Below are positions 27,746 to 37,720 of a stretch of 46,570 nucleotides of DNA, one piece after another. The stretch spans positions 1 to 46,570 of the forward strand of contig WVZO01000394.1 of NCBI GenBank assembly GCA_011772425.1, given 5' to 3'. Numbering within the stretch: position 1 is the stretch's first letter; each line of letters starts with the position of its first letter. A program made the position numbers and the translations under genes. Origin of the DNA: Candidatus Aminicenantes bacterium (GTDB lineage Bacteria; Acidobacteriota; Aminicenantia; UBA2199). The notes beneath the pieces are model-generated. The model was not told where the DNA came from. It saw nothing but the letters and a program-made list of their open reading frames with translations, and did not search any database.

Positions 27746-29635
27746 TTATCTGAGGGATATGGCGTTTAGGTCGACGGTTACGAGGCGGAGATCTTCCATG
27801 GGCTGCTGATGACTCTCTTTGACGGTAACATCGAACAAGTGGCTTCCCAGGTAGATGATAATAGCATGGGGTTTGAGTTTATCGATGGCATTTTTGAAGG
27901 CCTGTTCAAACTCTTTTGAGACGCGATACAAGAAATCGTCGAACACATATATGTTGGCGTTTTGTGCCAGTTTTAATGCAAGATAGGCGCTGTAAAAAAC
28001 CTCGTTATCCAGGGCTTTGATTTTTTGATTCAACTGCTGCCTGGTGACACCCAGGGTTTGCAGGTTTTCCCTCACCTGGAAGTCATGAAAATTCGTATGC
28101 TTGTTTTGTTGGTATAGGCGGATTTCAAACTGCAGCCAGGAATTTAATGATGTTCCCGGGTCGTGGCGGGACGGGTCAGGCTTATCGATAATGACCGCAC
28201 GTTTTGATTCCAGGTAATTGATGATGCCGTTTTTTTGTTTGGGGTCCCGGGAATGGTAAAAGTAAGTTTTTCCCATTTCCAGTTGATGGATGTCCAATTT
28301 GATGGGTTCTGAGTTTTTTGGTTGTTTTGCTGTGCGCAGCAAACCCAGTAACGTTGGTCCCAGCAGTAAAAGACAGTAAAGAAGTGTAATTCCCATTCCT
28401 TGCCAATGATTGTCTGGTAAAGCGGCCTGTGACTGGAAAATATTTTCGTTGTTCTTTACAAAAGATTCTACCGATTGATCGATATGGTTGTACCGTTTGT
28501 CAAAATAGTATTTAAAGAAGTTGTCCTTTAATTCGATGATATATGATAAAAACGCTTGATAACCATAGTAGCCCATACCGGTAAATTCTTTGGATAAGAA
28601 GGAGTAGAATAGGGAAGGGAATAAGGTGGATTGTTTTTCATGACGGGTGATCAGTTCGTTGACTTGTTTGTTCAGGTTGTCTTCGATTGATTTGTTCAGG
28701 GGCAATATGTTTTGGATGTACTCTTCCACAAATTGCCTGGCAAGGGTCCTGATTTCTTTGACTTTTTTTTCCTGCAATCGTTTGAAATATGCTTCGCCTC
28801 TTTCTTCGAAGCGTTTGCTATTGTTTAGTTTCTTGATATTTACGATTTCATTGGATTGGATGGTTTTGGCTCTTTTTTCCAGGGCCATATTGTAGATAAT
28901 GGGAACAACAAAGATGATGATAAACCAGGTCAAATAGGCACTGATGAAGAATATTTTTTTATAGCGCAGGAGCGCCGCCATCCCGGTTCCCAGGATGTAG
29001 AAGAGGGTGATAAAGAGCATCACATAGAGAGAGTATTTGAAAAAAATCGCTGTATCGGTTTTGCTGAAGGATACCCCCAGTACCCTGGCAAAAAAGTAAG
29101 CGGCCACTGTGACCGAATAAAAGTAAAAAATCAGGATAGTGAAGCGGCAGCAAAGGGTATTGAAAATATAGGACCTGGTTTTGTGAAATTGAAGAGATTC
29201 GATACTGACGAAGGTATTGAGGCCGAAATGCAGCATCAGCAGGCTGCCCAATACCAGGAAGAGGGTGGAGAAATCACCCACCAATCCGTTATTGGTAAAG
29301 ATTTTTTGTCCTTTGTAAACAGATGAGATGTTTATAATACTTTTGGTATTGATATTGCCTTCGATGGACAATATTGAAGAGTGACAAAAGACAATTAAAG
29401 GAGAGGGCTGCAAAAGTACCCGGAATCCGGAGAAACCGTATTGTTCGTAATTGAGGTAATGACTAATTTTAAGGTTTTCATATTTCAGGAAATTTTGCTT
29501 TTCAATCAGAAACTCCCTGTATTTGGCGCAACCAAAGTAGACAAAATATAAGGATAAACCGAAGAATAACAGGAATACGGAAATATTTTTTAGACTGAGA
29601 ACCCGTTTGATTTCAAGCAAAAATGTGGTTCTCAT
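27746..29635 (-). CDS. ABC-2-type permease fused to a degenerate ABC ATPase-like domain
   Basis: About six TM segments with a large loop; C-terminal MGKTYF and IYVFDDF remnants. Confidence 0.65.
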   Translation of the reverse strand: MRTTFLLEIKRVLSLKNISVFLLFFGLSLYFVYFGCAKYREFLIEKQNFLKYENLKISHYLNYEQYGFSGFRVLLQPSPLIVFCHSSILSIEGNINTKSIINISSVYKGQKIFTNNGLVGDFSTLFLVLGSLLMLHFGLNTFVSIESLQFHKTRSYIFNTLCCRFTILIFYFYSVTVAAYFFARVLGVSFSKTDTAIFFKYSLYVMLFITLFYILGTGMAALLRYKKIFFISAYLTWFIIIFVVPIIYNMALEKRAKTIQSNEIVNIKKLNNSKRFEERGEAYFKRLQEKKVKEIRTLARQFVEEYIQNILPLNKSIEDNLNKQVNELITRHEKQSTLFPSLFYSFLSKEFTGMGYYGYQAFLSYIIELKDNFFKYYFDKRYNHIDQSVESFVKNNENIFQSQAALPDNHWQGMGITLLYCLLLLGPTLLGLLRTAKQPKNSEPIKLDIHQLEMGKTYFYHSRDPKQKNGIINYLESKRAVIIDKPDPSRHDPGTSLNSWLQFEIRLYQQNKHTNFHDFQVRENLQTLGVTRQQLNQKIKALDNEVFYSAYLALKLAQNANIYVFDDFLYRVSKEFEQAFKNAIDKLKPHAIIIYLGSHLFDVTVKESHQQPMEDLRLVTVDLNAISLR

Positions 29636-29641
29636 TATTTT

Positions 29642-30271
29642 TTATTGAGAGAGAATGGTCTGGGCTGTCATGGTGCAGTAATTACCGAAAAGTGATGATT
29701 CTGAAAACTGCTGGAGTAACTGCCATAGTAAGTAAATATCCGGTAATTGGTTGGCAGCCAGTTTTTCTTTGATTGGCACCAGGGTGAGTAAGATATCGTC
29801 GATATATTCCACCTGTTGTTGGTACGTGCCCAGGATATTCCCTTCGCTGAAATAAGCCTTTACCAACGCCATTACGTCGCTGTTTAATTGTTTGTCAGCG
29901 GTATAAGTGTCGTAATCAAACGTTTTAAACTTTTGAATCATTTCTTCCACATAGCCGGCTTGTTTTCCCAGGGTGTGCGCTTGCGCATAATTGTCCTTTG
30001 CTTTTTCCAGTTCAGTGATGGCTTTTTCCATATACTCCAATGCTATTAGGTAGTTGAGGGATTCTTTGGCAGACTTTTCATATTCTTTCATTAAAATGTT
30101 CGCGTGAGAATAAGCGTTAAAAAAGTGAATGGTTCCGTCAATAACCGAGCTCTCAATCTTTGACCTGTTTATTCCATCAGGAAAGACCGGCACGATGTCG
30201 TTCATGTTTATAAGGGCCTGCATTACGAATGCAAAACCTAATGTGATTAGGATAAAAATAGCTTTTTTCAT
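29642..30271 (-). CDS. Exported helical hypothetical protein
   Basis: Start moved to ATG 30271 (AGGAGG SD; MKKAIFILITLG signal peptide); 6 nt upstream of the permease. Confidence 0.8.
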   Translation of the reverse strand: MKKAIFILITLGFAFVMQALINMNDIVPVFPDGINRSKIESSVIDGTIHFFNAYSHANILMKEYEKSAKESLNYLIALEYMEKAITELEKAKDNYAQAHTLGKQAGYVEEMIQKFKTFDYDTYTADKQLNSDVMALVKAYFSEGNILGTYQQQVEYIDDILLTLVPIKEKLAANQLPDIYLLWQLLQQFSESSLFGNYCTMTAQTILSQ

Positions 30272-30512
30272 AAATCCTCCTGTTTTTGTATCCACATGAT
30301 AATTGAAAAAAATAGAAAAGTCAACCCCAATTCTTGAAAAAAATAATTTTATTTTCAAAACCATTAGGAATATCAATTTTTCAATCCATTAAACTCCAGG
30401 ATTGCTGTGGATTTCCGGGTGGTATGAAATCAATCTCAGCGGTGGAAGTTTTTTTCGCGCCGTTGCAAACTTTTGTTTTTTTGGTATACTAGAGCAGAAA
30501 GAAGGAGGTAAA

Positions 30513-31958
30513 ATGGAATTAAATGCAAAAGTCAAAATAGATGCCATCTTGAAAACATACCCGTTTTTACTGGAATTTATGGTAGATCAATGGCCGGCGT
30601 TTAAAAAACTGAAAAACCCCGTGCTGCGGAAAACCATCGGCAAAATGGCCACTATGGGTCAAGCAGCTGCAATGGCAGGAGTCGATGTGGGGGTTCTTTT
30701 AAATGATATTGCCTATAAGATAGAAAAACAAACCGGAAACCGTCCCACCGTCACAACAGGAGAGCCCGATACTCCCGAAGCGTTTATAGACAAAGAGGCG
30801 CGAGAGGAGGTTCTAAAAGATATTATTCGAGACCTGCACGCCGGCAAAGACCTGGAAGAGCTGAAACAGCGCTTTCGAAAACTCATCGAGGATGTAGCTC
30901 CTCATGAAATTGCCAACATGGAACAGCGGCTCATTGAAGAGGGCATGCCTGCAGAAGAAGTTAAGGAATTGTGCGATGTTCACGTTCAAATTTTCCAGGA
31001 ATCTTTGAAGAAACACGAAATTCCCGGTGCTCCTCCAGGTCATCCCATCCATACGTATATGAAAGAAAACAGACGGACTGAGGAAATTATCCGGGAGTTG
31101 GAAGATATGATGGAGAAAAAACAAGATAACGTCCAGGTTGCCAGCAAACTGGATGAACTGTCCCATATCAATTTCCATTATTTGAGAAAGGAAAACCAGT
31201 TGTTCCCCCTGCTGGAAAAGAAAAACGTATCCGGCCCTTCCACTGTCATGTGGGGTATTCATGATGACATTCGCGAAACCTTTAAAAAGCTCGAAAGCAT
31301 CCTGACAGATTCACCCGAAGCTGGAATACTTGAGAAAGAATTGACTAATTTGGTCACTCTTATTCGGGATATGATCTACAAAGAGGAACGGATTCTTTTC
31401 CCCATGGCTCTTGAAGTTCTATCTGAAGAGGAATGGGGAAGAGTGAAGCAAGGCGAGGAAGAAATCGGTTTCTCCTGGGTCCAACCGGATAAAGGATGGG
31501 AACCCAAAACAGGCGTTGAAAATAGAGGAAAGAAAGAAGCAGCGCAGGCGGGCCTTAACCTGGATACGGGAACCCTTACCCGTGAACAGGTCAACTTACT
31601 GATCAACCATCTGCCCATTGAGGTTTCTTTTGTAGACGAAAACGACGAGGTGCGGTTTTACTCTCACAGCGGCGGCAAACGAATCTTTCCTCGCAGTCCT
31701 GGTGTCATTGGCAGAAACGTGCAGAATTGTCATCCCAGAAAAAGTCTCGAGGCTGTGGAAAAAATTCTAGCCGAGTTCCGTGCAGGGAGAAGGGATACGG
31801 CTGAGTTCTGGATTCAAATGAGCGGCCAATTCATCCTTATTCGCTATTTTGCCCTCCGGGATGACAACGGAACGTACAAGGGCACATTGGAAGTGACCCA
31901 GGAAATCACCGATATCCGCAAACTGGAAGGAGAAAAACGACTCCTGGATTGGGAATAG
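30513..31958 (+). CDS. DUF1858/DUF438-hemerythrin-PAS domain protein
   Basis: Start moved to ATG 30513 (AAGGAGG SD). LCDVH, GHPIHTY, HYLRKENQLFP, MWGIHDDIR, YKEERILFP, VQNCHP. Confidence 0.92.
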   Translation: MELNAKVKIDAILKTYPFLLEFMVDQWPAFKKLKNPVLRKTIGKMATMGQAAAMAGVDVGVLLNDIAYKIEKQTGNRPTVTTGEPDTPEAFIDKEAREEVLKDIIRDLHAGKDLEELKQRFRKLIEDVAPHEIANMEQRLIEEGMPAEEVKELCDVHVQIFQESLKKHEIPGAPPGHPIHTYMKENRRTEEIIRELEDMMEKKQDNVQVASKLDELSHINFHYLRKENQLFPLLEKKNVSGPSTVMWGIHDDIRETFKKLESILTDSPEAGILEKELTNLVTLIRDMIYKEERILFPMALEVLSEEEWGRVKQGEEEIGFSWVQPDKGWEPKTGVENRGKKEAAQAGLNLDTGTLTREQVNLLINHLPIEVSFVDENDEVRFYSHSGGKRIFPRSPGVIGRNVQNCHPRKSLEAVEKILAEFRAGRRDTAEFWIQMSGQFILIRYFALRDDNGTYKGTLEVTQEITDIRKLEGEKRLLDWE

Positions 31959-31976
31959 GCACTTACAGTGCGGTAA

Positions 31977-31996
31977 GCATTTACAATGCGGTAAAA
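31977..31996 (+). repeat. 20-bp dispersed motif GCATTTACAATGCGGTAAAA
   Basis: Exact reverse complement at 44559-44578; partial TGCGGTAA copies flank it locally. Confidence 0.75.
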
Positions 31997-32049
31997 GGTA
32001 GAGGGGCGGTGCGGTAAAACGTCAAAGCATGAGACCCGGAACCTTTTTT

Positions 32050-33225
32050 TCATTGGGGTGGATGGGCAACATAGATGTCTACACCGTTTTCTGCCGGTAA
32101 TACAGCGGCGCCGGCTAAAACATCCACGTATGATAAAAAGTCTAGTGGAGCACCGGAACCAAAATTAAGATCTCTTATGGGTAAACGAGTTAAGTTGGTA
32201 ACGATTATACCATGATGTGGATGCCTGAGATGGATTTCTTCCATTGCATCCAGGCCTTTTTGTTTCCGAAGACTTTCCAGTGTTCCAAATGACCTCAATA
32301 TATAATCATTTTTTACCTTTCTTATCGAATTTCTAACTAAAATTGCCAGCTCTCCTATTGATGCCTCTAAAAGACCATTAAAATTAATGGCAGCCGTTCC
32401 AAAACTAAGGGCACAGCCAAAATAATTTCTCGGCAAACCGCTTAGTACTCTGCGAATGTCAACGGGGCAGGTGACATACGTTTTTTGATTTCTATTTTCT
32501 TTACTCCATAGTGGAATATATTTTTGCCAGAGAAGAGCAGTAATTATATCGTTATCTGTCAACGATATTCCCGGCTCATTTTTTGTATCCTCTAAAATGG
32601 ACCTGATCGTATCTTTTGAAAGGAAAAAACGTTCTTCATGAACCGGTTCGCTTTGTAATTCTCTGCGCTTTTCACCATAAAAAAGCCCGCAGTTGGTATA
32701 AATATCATTGGCTGTGATTATTTTTTCGCTCTTATTAAAATTTGCCAATAATACATCCCGCTGAAGGCTGGGTTTAATTATAGGTTCACCTCTGCATATC
32801 CTTGCCCAGGCGGAGAAAAAATGAAAATAACTAAAACCATCAACCAATGCATGTGATACACTAACCGCTAAAACAGAACCTCCCGACGTTTGGGTTAATG
32901 TTATTTTTGTTAATGGCTTTCCGGCAATGGAACTCACAGGAATTATATATTGCTCAATGCTGCCGGCTTCCTCAAAGTTTACCTCTGATTCCAGGACAGC
33001 AAACGTTAATCCCTCTTCTGAAATATGGAACTCATAATCCGTTTCGGAAATTCTGACTAATTTACTGCGTAATATGGGAAAATAATTTAGTGTCTCATGT
33101 AGACTTTTTTTCAATAAACCAGGATCAAGTATCTGATTATAAGAAAAAGCAAACGTTATTGGCTGAGAGCCAACACCTGTAAAGATATAATCAACCGGAC
33201 TAAGCGGAAAGACATTCATAAACAT
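32050..33225 (-). CDS. BAHD/Transferase-like CoA-dependent acyltransferase
   Basis: HALVDG (HxxxD), VDIRR..LPRNYFG and DLNFGSG (DFGWG-like). Confidence 0.8.
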   Translation of the reverse strand: MFMNVFPLSPVDYIFTGVGSQPITFAFSYNQILDPGLLKKSLHETLNYFPILRSKLVRISETDYEFHISEEGLTFAVLESEVNFEEAGSIEQYIIPVSSIAGKPLTKITLTQTSGGSVLAVSVSHALVDGFSYFHFFSAWARICRGEPIIKPSLQRDVLLANFNKSEKIITANDIYTNCGLFYGEKRRELQSEPVHEERFFLSKDTIRSILEDTKNEPGISLTDNDIITALLWQKYIPLWSKENRNQKTYVTCPVDIRRVLSGLPRNYFGCALSFGTAAINFNGLLEASIGELAILVRNSIRKVKNDYILRSFGTLESLRKQKGLDAMEEIHLRHPHHGIIVTNLTRLPIRDLNFGSGAPLDFLSYVDVLAGAAVLPAENGVDIYVAHPPQ

Positions 33226-33245
33226 AACCTCCTATAAGGGATGGA

Positions 33246-33287
33246 CTTTCAAAATTTGATTTTAAAGGAAATATTGTCATTTGTCAA
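33246..33287 (-). promoter_or_regulatory. sigma70-type promoter in a 42-bp duplicated block, copy 1
   Basis: Minus strand TTGACA-17 nt-TAAAAT; 41/42 identical to 37539-37580. Confidence 0.8.
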
Positions 33288-33446
33288 TTTTTCTTGCCTG
33301 TCCACTTTCCTTGTACCCTTTCCTTTTCCTGGAGAAGAAAAAAATATTCATTTAGCCTGTTGACTTTCTACATAACTTCCCCTATTATATTCTTATGGAA
33401 AAAACGCTTTTCCTGTCACCGATGTCACACAGGAGGAAATGCTGAG

Positions 33447-34874
33447 ATGAGAAAAAATATTCTTATAATAATAGGCTTCATACTTATATTCGTTTCGTGC
33501 AACCCCGCAAAAAAAGACTGGCAAAAAGCGGAGGAAAAGAATTCTGAAGCCAGTTACGAAAATTCCCTTAAAAAACATCCGGAAGGCCCGGAAGCTGCTC
33601 AAGCCCGGGCAAACATTGAAAAATTGGATTGGCAAAAATGCGGGGAAAAAGGCACGCTCGAGGCGTATGAAGAATTTCTGCGCAAGCATCCCCAGGGAGA
33701 ACTGGCTGATCAGGCCAGGGAGAACAAACAAAAAATCCTGGCCTCCAGAACTGATGATTTTCGCTTCACCAAAACCATCTATTTCGAGTTTAGGCAGCGT
33801 TTTTATAATTTAGACGAATTAGAATCGGAATTGATGGAAGTAAATCTGCCCGTTCTTGAAATCGCGCAGCGTATTGCAGGTTATGCGGGCCTAATCACTG
33901 TTTCAGATGAAACAGCAGATGTTCAGTGCCGGATTCAAATCACCGGTTTTAAAACCGGACTGGGAATGTCGAATTTACCGCATTATAACCGCGATTCCGG
34001 GCCGGTTCTGTTTGGAACGATTGTCCTGACAACACCAAAAACCGGTTATTACCGGACATTTATAGGAACAGAGAGCCATAACCAAACTCCCTCTGATTAC
34101 CCTGGTATCCCGGACCCCAAACTGGGATCCGCCTTTTATTTCGGCGATTATATTCCGCGACTCTTAGAAATGTTTGCCGAATATTACGGTCCTAGTGTTC
34201 TTTGGGGCGCCCTTCATGATGAAAATTTATGGATCAAAGGTTGGACTGCAATCGTCATTAGTGGGTGCAGCGGCAAAAACTTTAAAGGGCCCCGAGATGA
34301 AGACATTGATAATACTTCGAATATTATAGACACCAGGCGATACCTGGCAATAAAGAAAAAATTCTCCTCCTGGGGTGAGATAAGGCATGATAATGTTTGG
34401 GCGATATGGATTAAAAGCCCTGTAGGTATCCATCTGCTAAAAGGAGCTGGATTTGACCTGGAGGGTCAGGAACTTAGCGCCTGGGGAAAGACATTGGACT
34501 TACCTGAACTTTCAATAACTCAATTGAAATATTTCAAGCCAACCCATCTCTCCCAAAAAGTAGGCGATATTCGCTTGAGGGCAACTCCTTTTCTCCTGCG
34601 CACCCTCGAAGATGAACACTGGTGGGTACGAAAAACCACTGCCACTGCCCTTGGTGCCATAAAATCCCGTCAGGCAGTTCCGACACTTATTACCAAACTT
34701 CGCTCCGATCCAAATAGGTTGGTGCGTGGACGGGCTGCCCAGGCCCTGGGAAATATCGGGGATCCATCAGCGATTGATGCCCTGGAAGAAGCCGTAGAAA
34801 AAATGCTTATCTATGCCAAAGATGCATTAGAGCAATTAAAGGAAAAAAAAGGTTTGAAGGGGAGAGACCAATAA
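33447..34874 (+). CDS. Lipoprotein with helical repeats and C-terminal HEAT/PBS-lyase repeats
   Basis: Start moved to ATG 33447; FVSC lipobox; YEEFLRKHPQG repeats; VRKTTATALG and VRGRAAQALG HEAT units. Confidence 0.85.
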   Translation: MRKNILIIIGFILIFVSCNPAKKDWQKAEEKNSEASYENSLKKHPEGPEAAQARANIEKLDWQKCGEKGTLEAYEEFLRKHPQGELADQARENKQKILASRTDDFRFTKTIYFEFRQRFYNLDELESELMEVNLPVLEIAQRIAGYAGLITVSDETADVQCRIQITGFKTGLGMSNLPHYNRDSGPVLFGTIVLTTPKTGYYRTFIGTESHNQTPSDYPGIPDPKLGSAFYFGDYIPRLLEMFAEYYGPSVLWGALHDENLWIKGWTAIVISGCSGKNFKGPRDEDIDNTSNIIDTRRYLAIKKKFSSWGEIRHDNVWAIWIKSPVGIHLLKGAGFDLEGQELSAWGKTLDLPELSITQLKYFKPTHLSQKVGDIRLRATPFLLRTLEDEHWWVRKTTATALGAIKSRQAVPTLITKLRSDPNRLVRGRAAQALGNIGDPSAIDALEEAVEKMLIYAKDALEQLKEKKGLKGRDQ

Positions 34875-34929
34875 AACAACTGAGCAAGCACTTAATCATT
34901 TTAGTACTACTGGTATTTTCTTATCTGTC

Positions 34930-37485
34930 CTATTTTTTCTTTGTTTTTTTCCACCATTTTTTCCATTTCTTGTATTTCACGCCGTAGTCTTTCCCGGTTA
35001 TCGATTTCAACGCCTCTGCCGCTCTCTTTTTTTCCCATTTATCCTTACTATTTAGAATTTCAATCAGGGGCTCAACAGCTCGATAATCATTGGATTTTCC
35101 TAAAATATAAATGATTGCCCTCCTGACGTTAATATCCTCGCTTTTCAAAGAAGTAATGAGAACTTCGAGGGCACCGGGATTTTTTATCTTTACAAATAAA
35201 TCGCGTGCACTGTTTCTTACTTTATAATCTTTATCTTTAAGAAGCTCGATAAGGGGTTCCACCGGGAGGAGATCCGTCAGTTTTGCTAGTTGTGTGAAAG
35301 CATAAGTCCTGAGTTTTGAGTCCTGGCTTTTGAGGAGACCGATTAGCGGCTTAACAGCCCGGGGATCTTGTTGTTCAACCAATGGACCGGTAATCGATTT
35401 CAATGCATTTTGCGCATTCTGTCTTTCCCAGCGATCAGGGCTATTTAGAATTTCAATCAGGGGCTCAACAGCCCGAGGGTCTTTTAATTTTCCCAAAATG
35501 TAAATGATTGCTTTCCTGACGTTAGAATCCCCGCTTTTCAAAGAAGTGAAAAGAACTTCGACAGCTCCGGGATTTTTTATTTTTACCAATAAATCGCGTG
35601 CACTGTTTCTTACTTTATAATCCTTATCTTTTAGAAGTTCTATAAGGGGTTCAACTGGGAGGAAATCGCCCAGTTTTTCAAGTGCATTAAAAGCTGAAGT
35701 CCTGACTTTCCGGTCGCGGCTTTTGAGTAAATCGATTAGCGGTTTAACCGCACGGGGTTCTTTTCGTTCTCCCAGGACCTTTGCCGCTGCTTCTTTTACA
35801 CTGGTGCTCTTGTCGTTAAGGGCCGCAATCAGGGGTTCGATGACCCGGTTTTCCTTTTTTTGCCCCAGGGCTTCTACCGCACTTTTCCTGACGGACAAAA
35901 CCTTATCCTGCAGTGCGCCGATAAGGGGTTCTATTTCGACCGCTTCCGGGGTATGTAACTTTCCCAAAGCCTTTACAACAGCTTCCCTTACCCTCCGGCT
36001 CTTATCGTTAATAACACCAATTAAGGGTTTTACCACAGCGGGATTATCGCTCTCAGCCAGGGCCTTGACTGCAATTTCCTTGACTCTGTAACTTTTATCT
36101 TTTATCGCTTTAATCAATGGTTGAACAGTCTGGGGCCCCTTAATTCCCGCAAGTACACTTGCTGCATGGACCCTGGTGCTTTCTGATGGTCTTTGCAGGG
36201 CTCTGGCAAAGTAGGGGATTAGCTTCTGGGTCGCTTTGCTGCTTCCCCAGTCTTGATATTTTTTGTCCAGTGTCCGTAACGCAGCCTCTCTGACCGGTGC
36301 GTTTATGTCTTTTAATGCATTGATCAACGGTTCCAGGGCCCGGGGGTCCACAATCTCTGCCAGGGCTGAGATTGCTCCTTTCCTTGTATCGCTCGAAGGG
36401 CTTTTCAACGCCCCAATAAAATGCGGCACCAGTCCTGCTGCTTGCTCACCGGTTCTCCAGTTGGGATAATTTTTATCAAGAGCTTTAACAGCTTTCTTTT
36501 TGATACCAGCAGATTTATCCGTCAGTGTCATCATAAGAGGTTTCAGTGCCCGTTGATCGTGTATCTCTGCAAAAAACTCCACCGCCCCTTCCCGTATACC
36601 GTATTTTTTGTTTTTCAAGGCCGAAAGAAAAGATGGGATCAAGTCCTGGCAAGATTTTCTTTCTTTCCAACCTGGATCGATTTTATTCAATGCTTTACGC
36701 ACGGCATTTCTCACCCGTTGGTACTCATCCGGGAGAAGATAAATCAATGGATCAATGCTCAGGGGGTCCTTTATTTTTTCCAGTGCCTGGACCGCTTCAA
36801 CCCTCACATCTGAAAACTTATCTTTTAAAGCAGCTATCAGTGAATTTACTGCAGCCGCATCGTTTAATTTTAATTTCCCCAGCAAAATGGCTGCTCCTTT
36901 GCGGATTTCCCGGTCGTCATTCTCCAGGTATGCGTAAATCAAATCGTTGCCTTTGATCTCTCTAAAAATTTCTATTATCTTTATTTTAAAAGAAGACCTG
37001 GAAAAGGCCCCTTTAAAGGGAGCGGAAGAAGGGGATTTGTAACTCCCTTTAAATATGGAAAAGCTGGGACTTACCTTGCCGGAAAATGACCGTTTGAAAA
37101 ACTTCCTGTCACTTTTTTTTAAATAAATGGTTCCGGATACGCTGGCGCCGGTATAGCCGGTCTGCCCCCTGCCTCCACCGGAATAATAACGTGAAATTGC
37201 CCGGCCTCTGATTTCTATTTTAAGGGTAATGTCAGCATTAGACAAAACAAGTTTAAGGCCGGTAGGCGGCAGTAATTTCTCCACGGTTTCTTTTACCGGG
37301 AGAACAATATTTTTGGCACTCCCATAAGACTCTTCCAGGGTGATTTGAATTGTTTTTGCCGAACGCAGTTGGTCTGTTTCTTCGTCAATGGGTTTTGCCT
37401 GTGCCGATAAACCCGGGGAAAATGTGAAGATAAGAAGGGCTCCCACCAGGAAGTTCAATGGAATAATAAATCTTGATTTTTTCAT
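34930..37485 (-). CDS. Exported HEAT/PBS-lyase repeat protein
   Basis: Signal peptide; many AVxPLIxALxD...VR..A..AL units; 393-nt internal duplication near the C-terminus. Confidence 0.92.
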   Translation of the reverse strand: MKKSRFIIPLNFLVGALLIFTFSPGLSAQAKPIDEETDQLRSAKTIQITLEESYGSAKNIVLPVKETVEKLLPPTGLKLVLSNADITLKIEIRGRAISRYYSGGGRGQTGYTGASVSGTIYLKKSDRKFFKRSFSGKVSPSFSIFKGSYKSPSSAPFKGAFSRSSFKIKIIEIFREIKGNDLIYAYLENDDREIRKGAAILLGKLKLNDAAAVNSLIAALKDKFSDVRVEAVQALEKIKDPLSIDPLIYLLPDEYQRVRNAVRKALNKIDPGWKERKSCQDLIPSFLSALKNKKYGIREGAVEFFAEIHDQRALKPLMMTLTDKSAGIKKKAVKALDKNYPNWRTGEQAAGLVPHFIGALKSPSSDTRKGAISALAEIVDPRALEPLINALKDINAPVREAALRTLDKKYQDWGSSKATQKLIPYFARALQRPSESTRVHAASVLAGIKGPQTVQPLIKAIKDKSYRVKEIAVKALAESDNPAVVKPLIGVINDKSRRVREAVVKALGKLHTPEAVEIEPLIGALQDKVLSVRKSAVEALGQKKENRVIEPLIAALNDKSTSVKEAAAKVLGERKEPRAVKPLIDLLKSRDRKVRTSAFNALEKLGDFLPVEPLIELLKDKDYKVRNSARDLLVKIKNPGAVEVLFTSLKSGDSNVRKAIIYILGKLKDPRAVEPLIEILNSPDRWERQNAQNALKSITGPLVEQQDPRAVKPLIGLLKSQDSKLRTYAFTQLAKLTDLLPVEPLIELLKDKDYKVRNSARDLFVKIKNPGALEVLITSLKSEDINVRRAIIYILGKSNDYRAVEPLIEILNSKDKWEKKRAAEALKSITGKDYGVKYKKWKKWWKKTKKK

Positions 37486-37538
37486 TTTTTTATTACCTCC
37501 TTTTTAAAGCGGCTGGTTACCAGAGGAAACACAAACGG

Positions 37539-37580
37539 CTTTCAAAATCTGATTTTAAAGGAAATATTGTCATTTGTCAA
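37539..37580 (-). promoter_or_regulatory. sigma70-type promoter in a 42-bp duplicated block, copy 2
   Basis: TTGACA-17 nt-TAAAAT upstream of the 851-aa HEAT gene. Confidence 0.8.
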
Positions 37581-37720
37581 ACCAGCAGTGACTCCCAACT
37601 GAACCTCTTTATTACTTCCAATTTTATTTTTTTTACAAATTGACTTTCTTAATTCTATCCATTAAAATATACTTTTATCTTAAAAAAATATTTGCCTATT
37701 GTTGTGCAAAGGAGGACATA

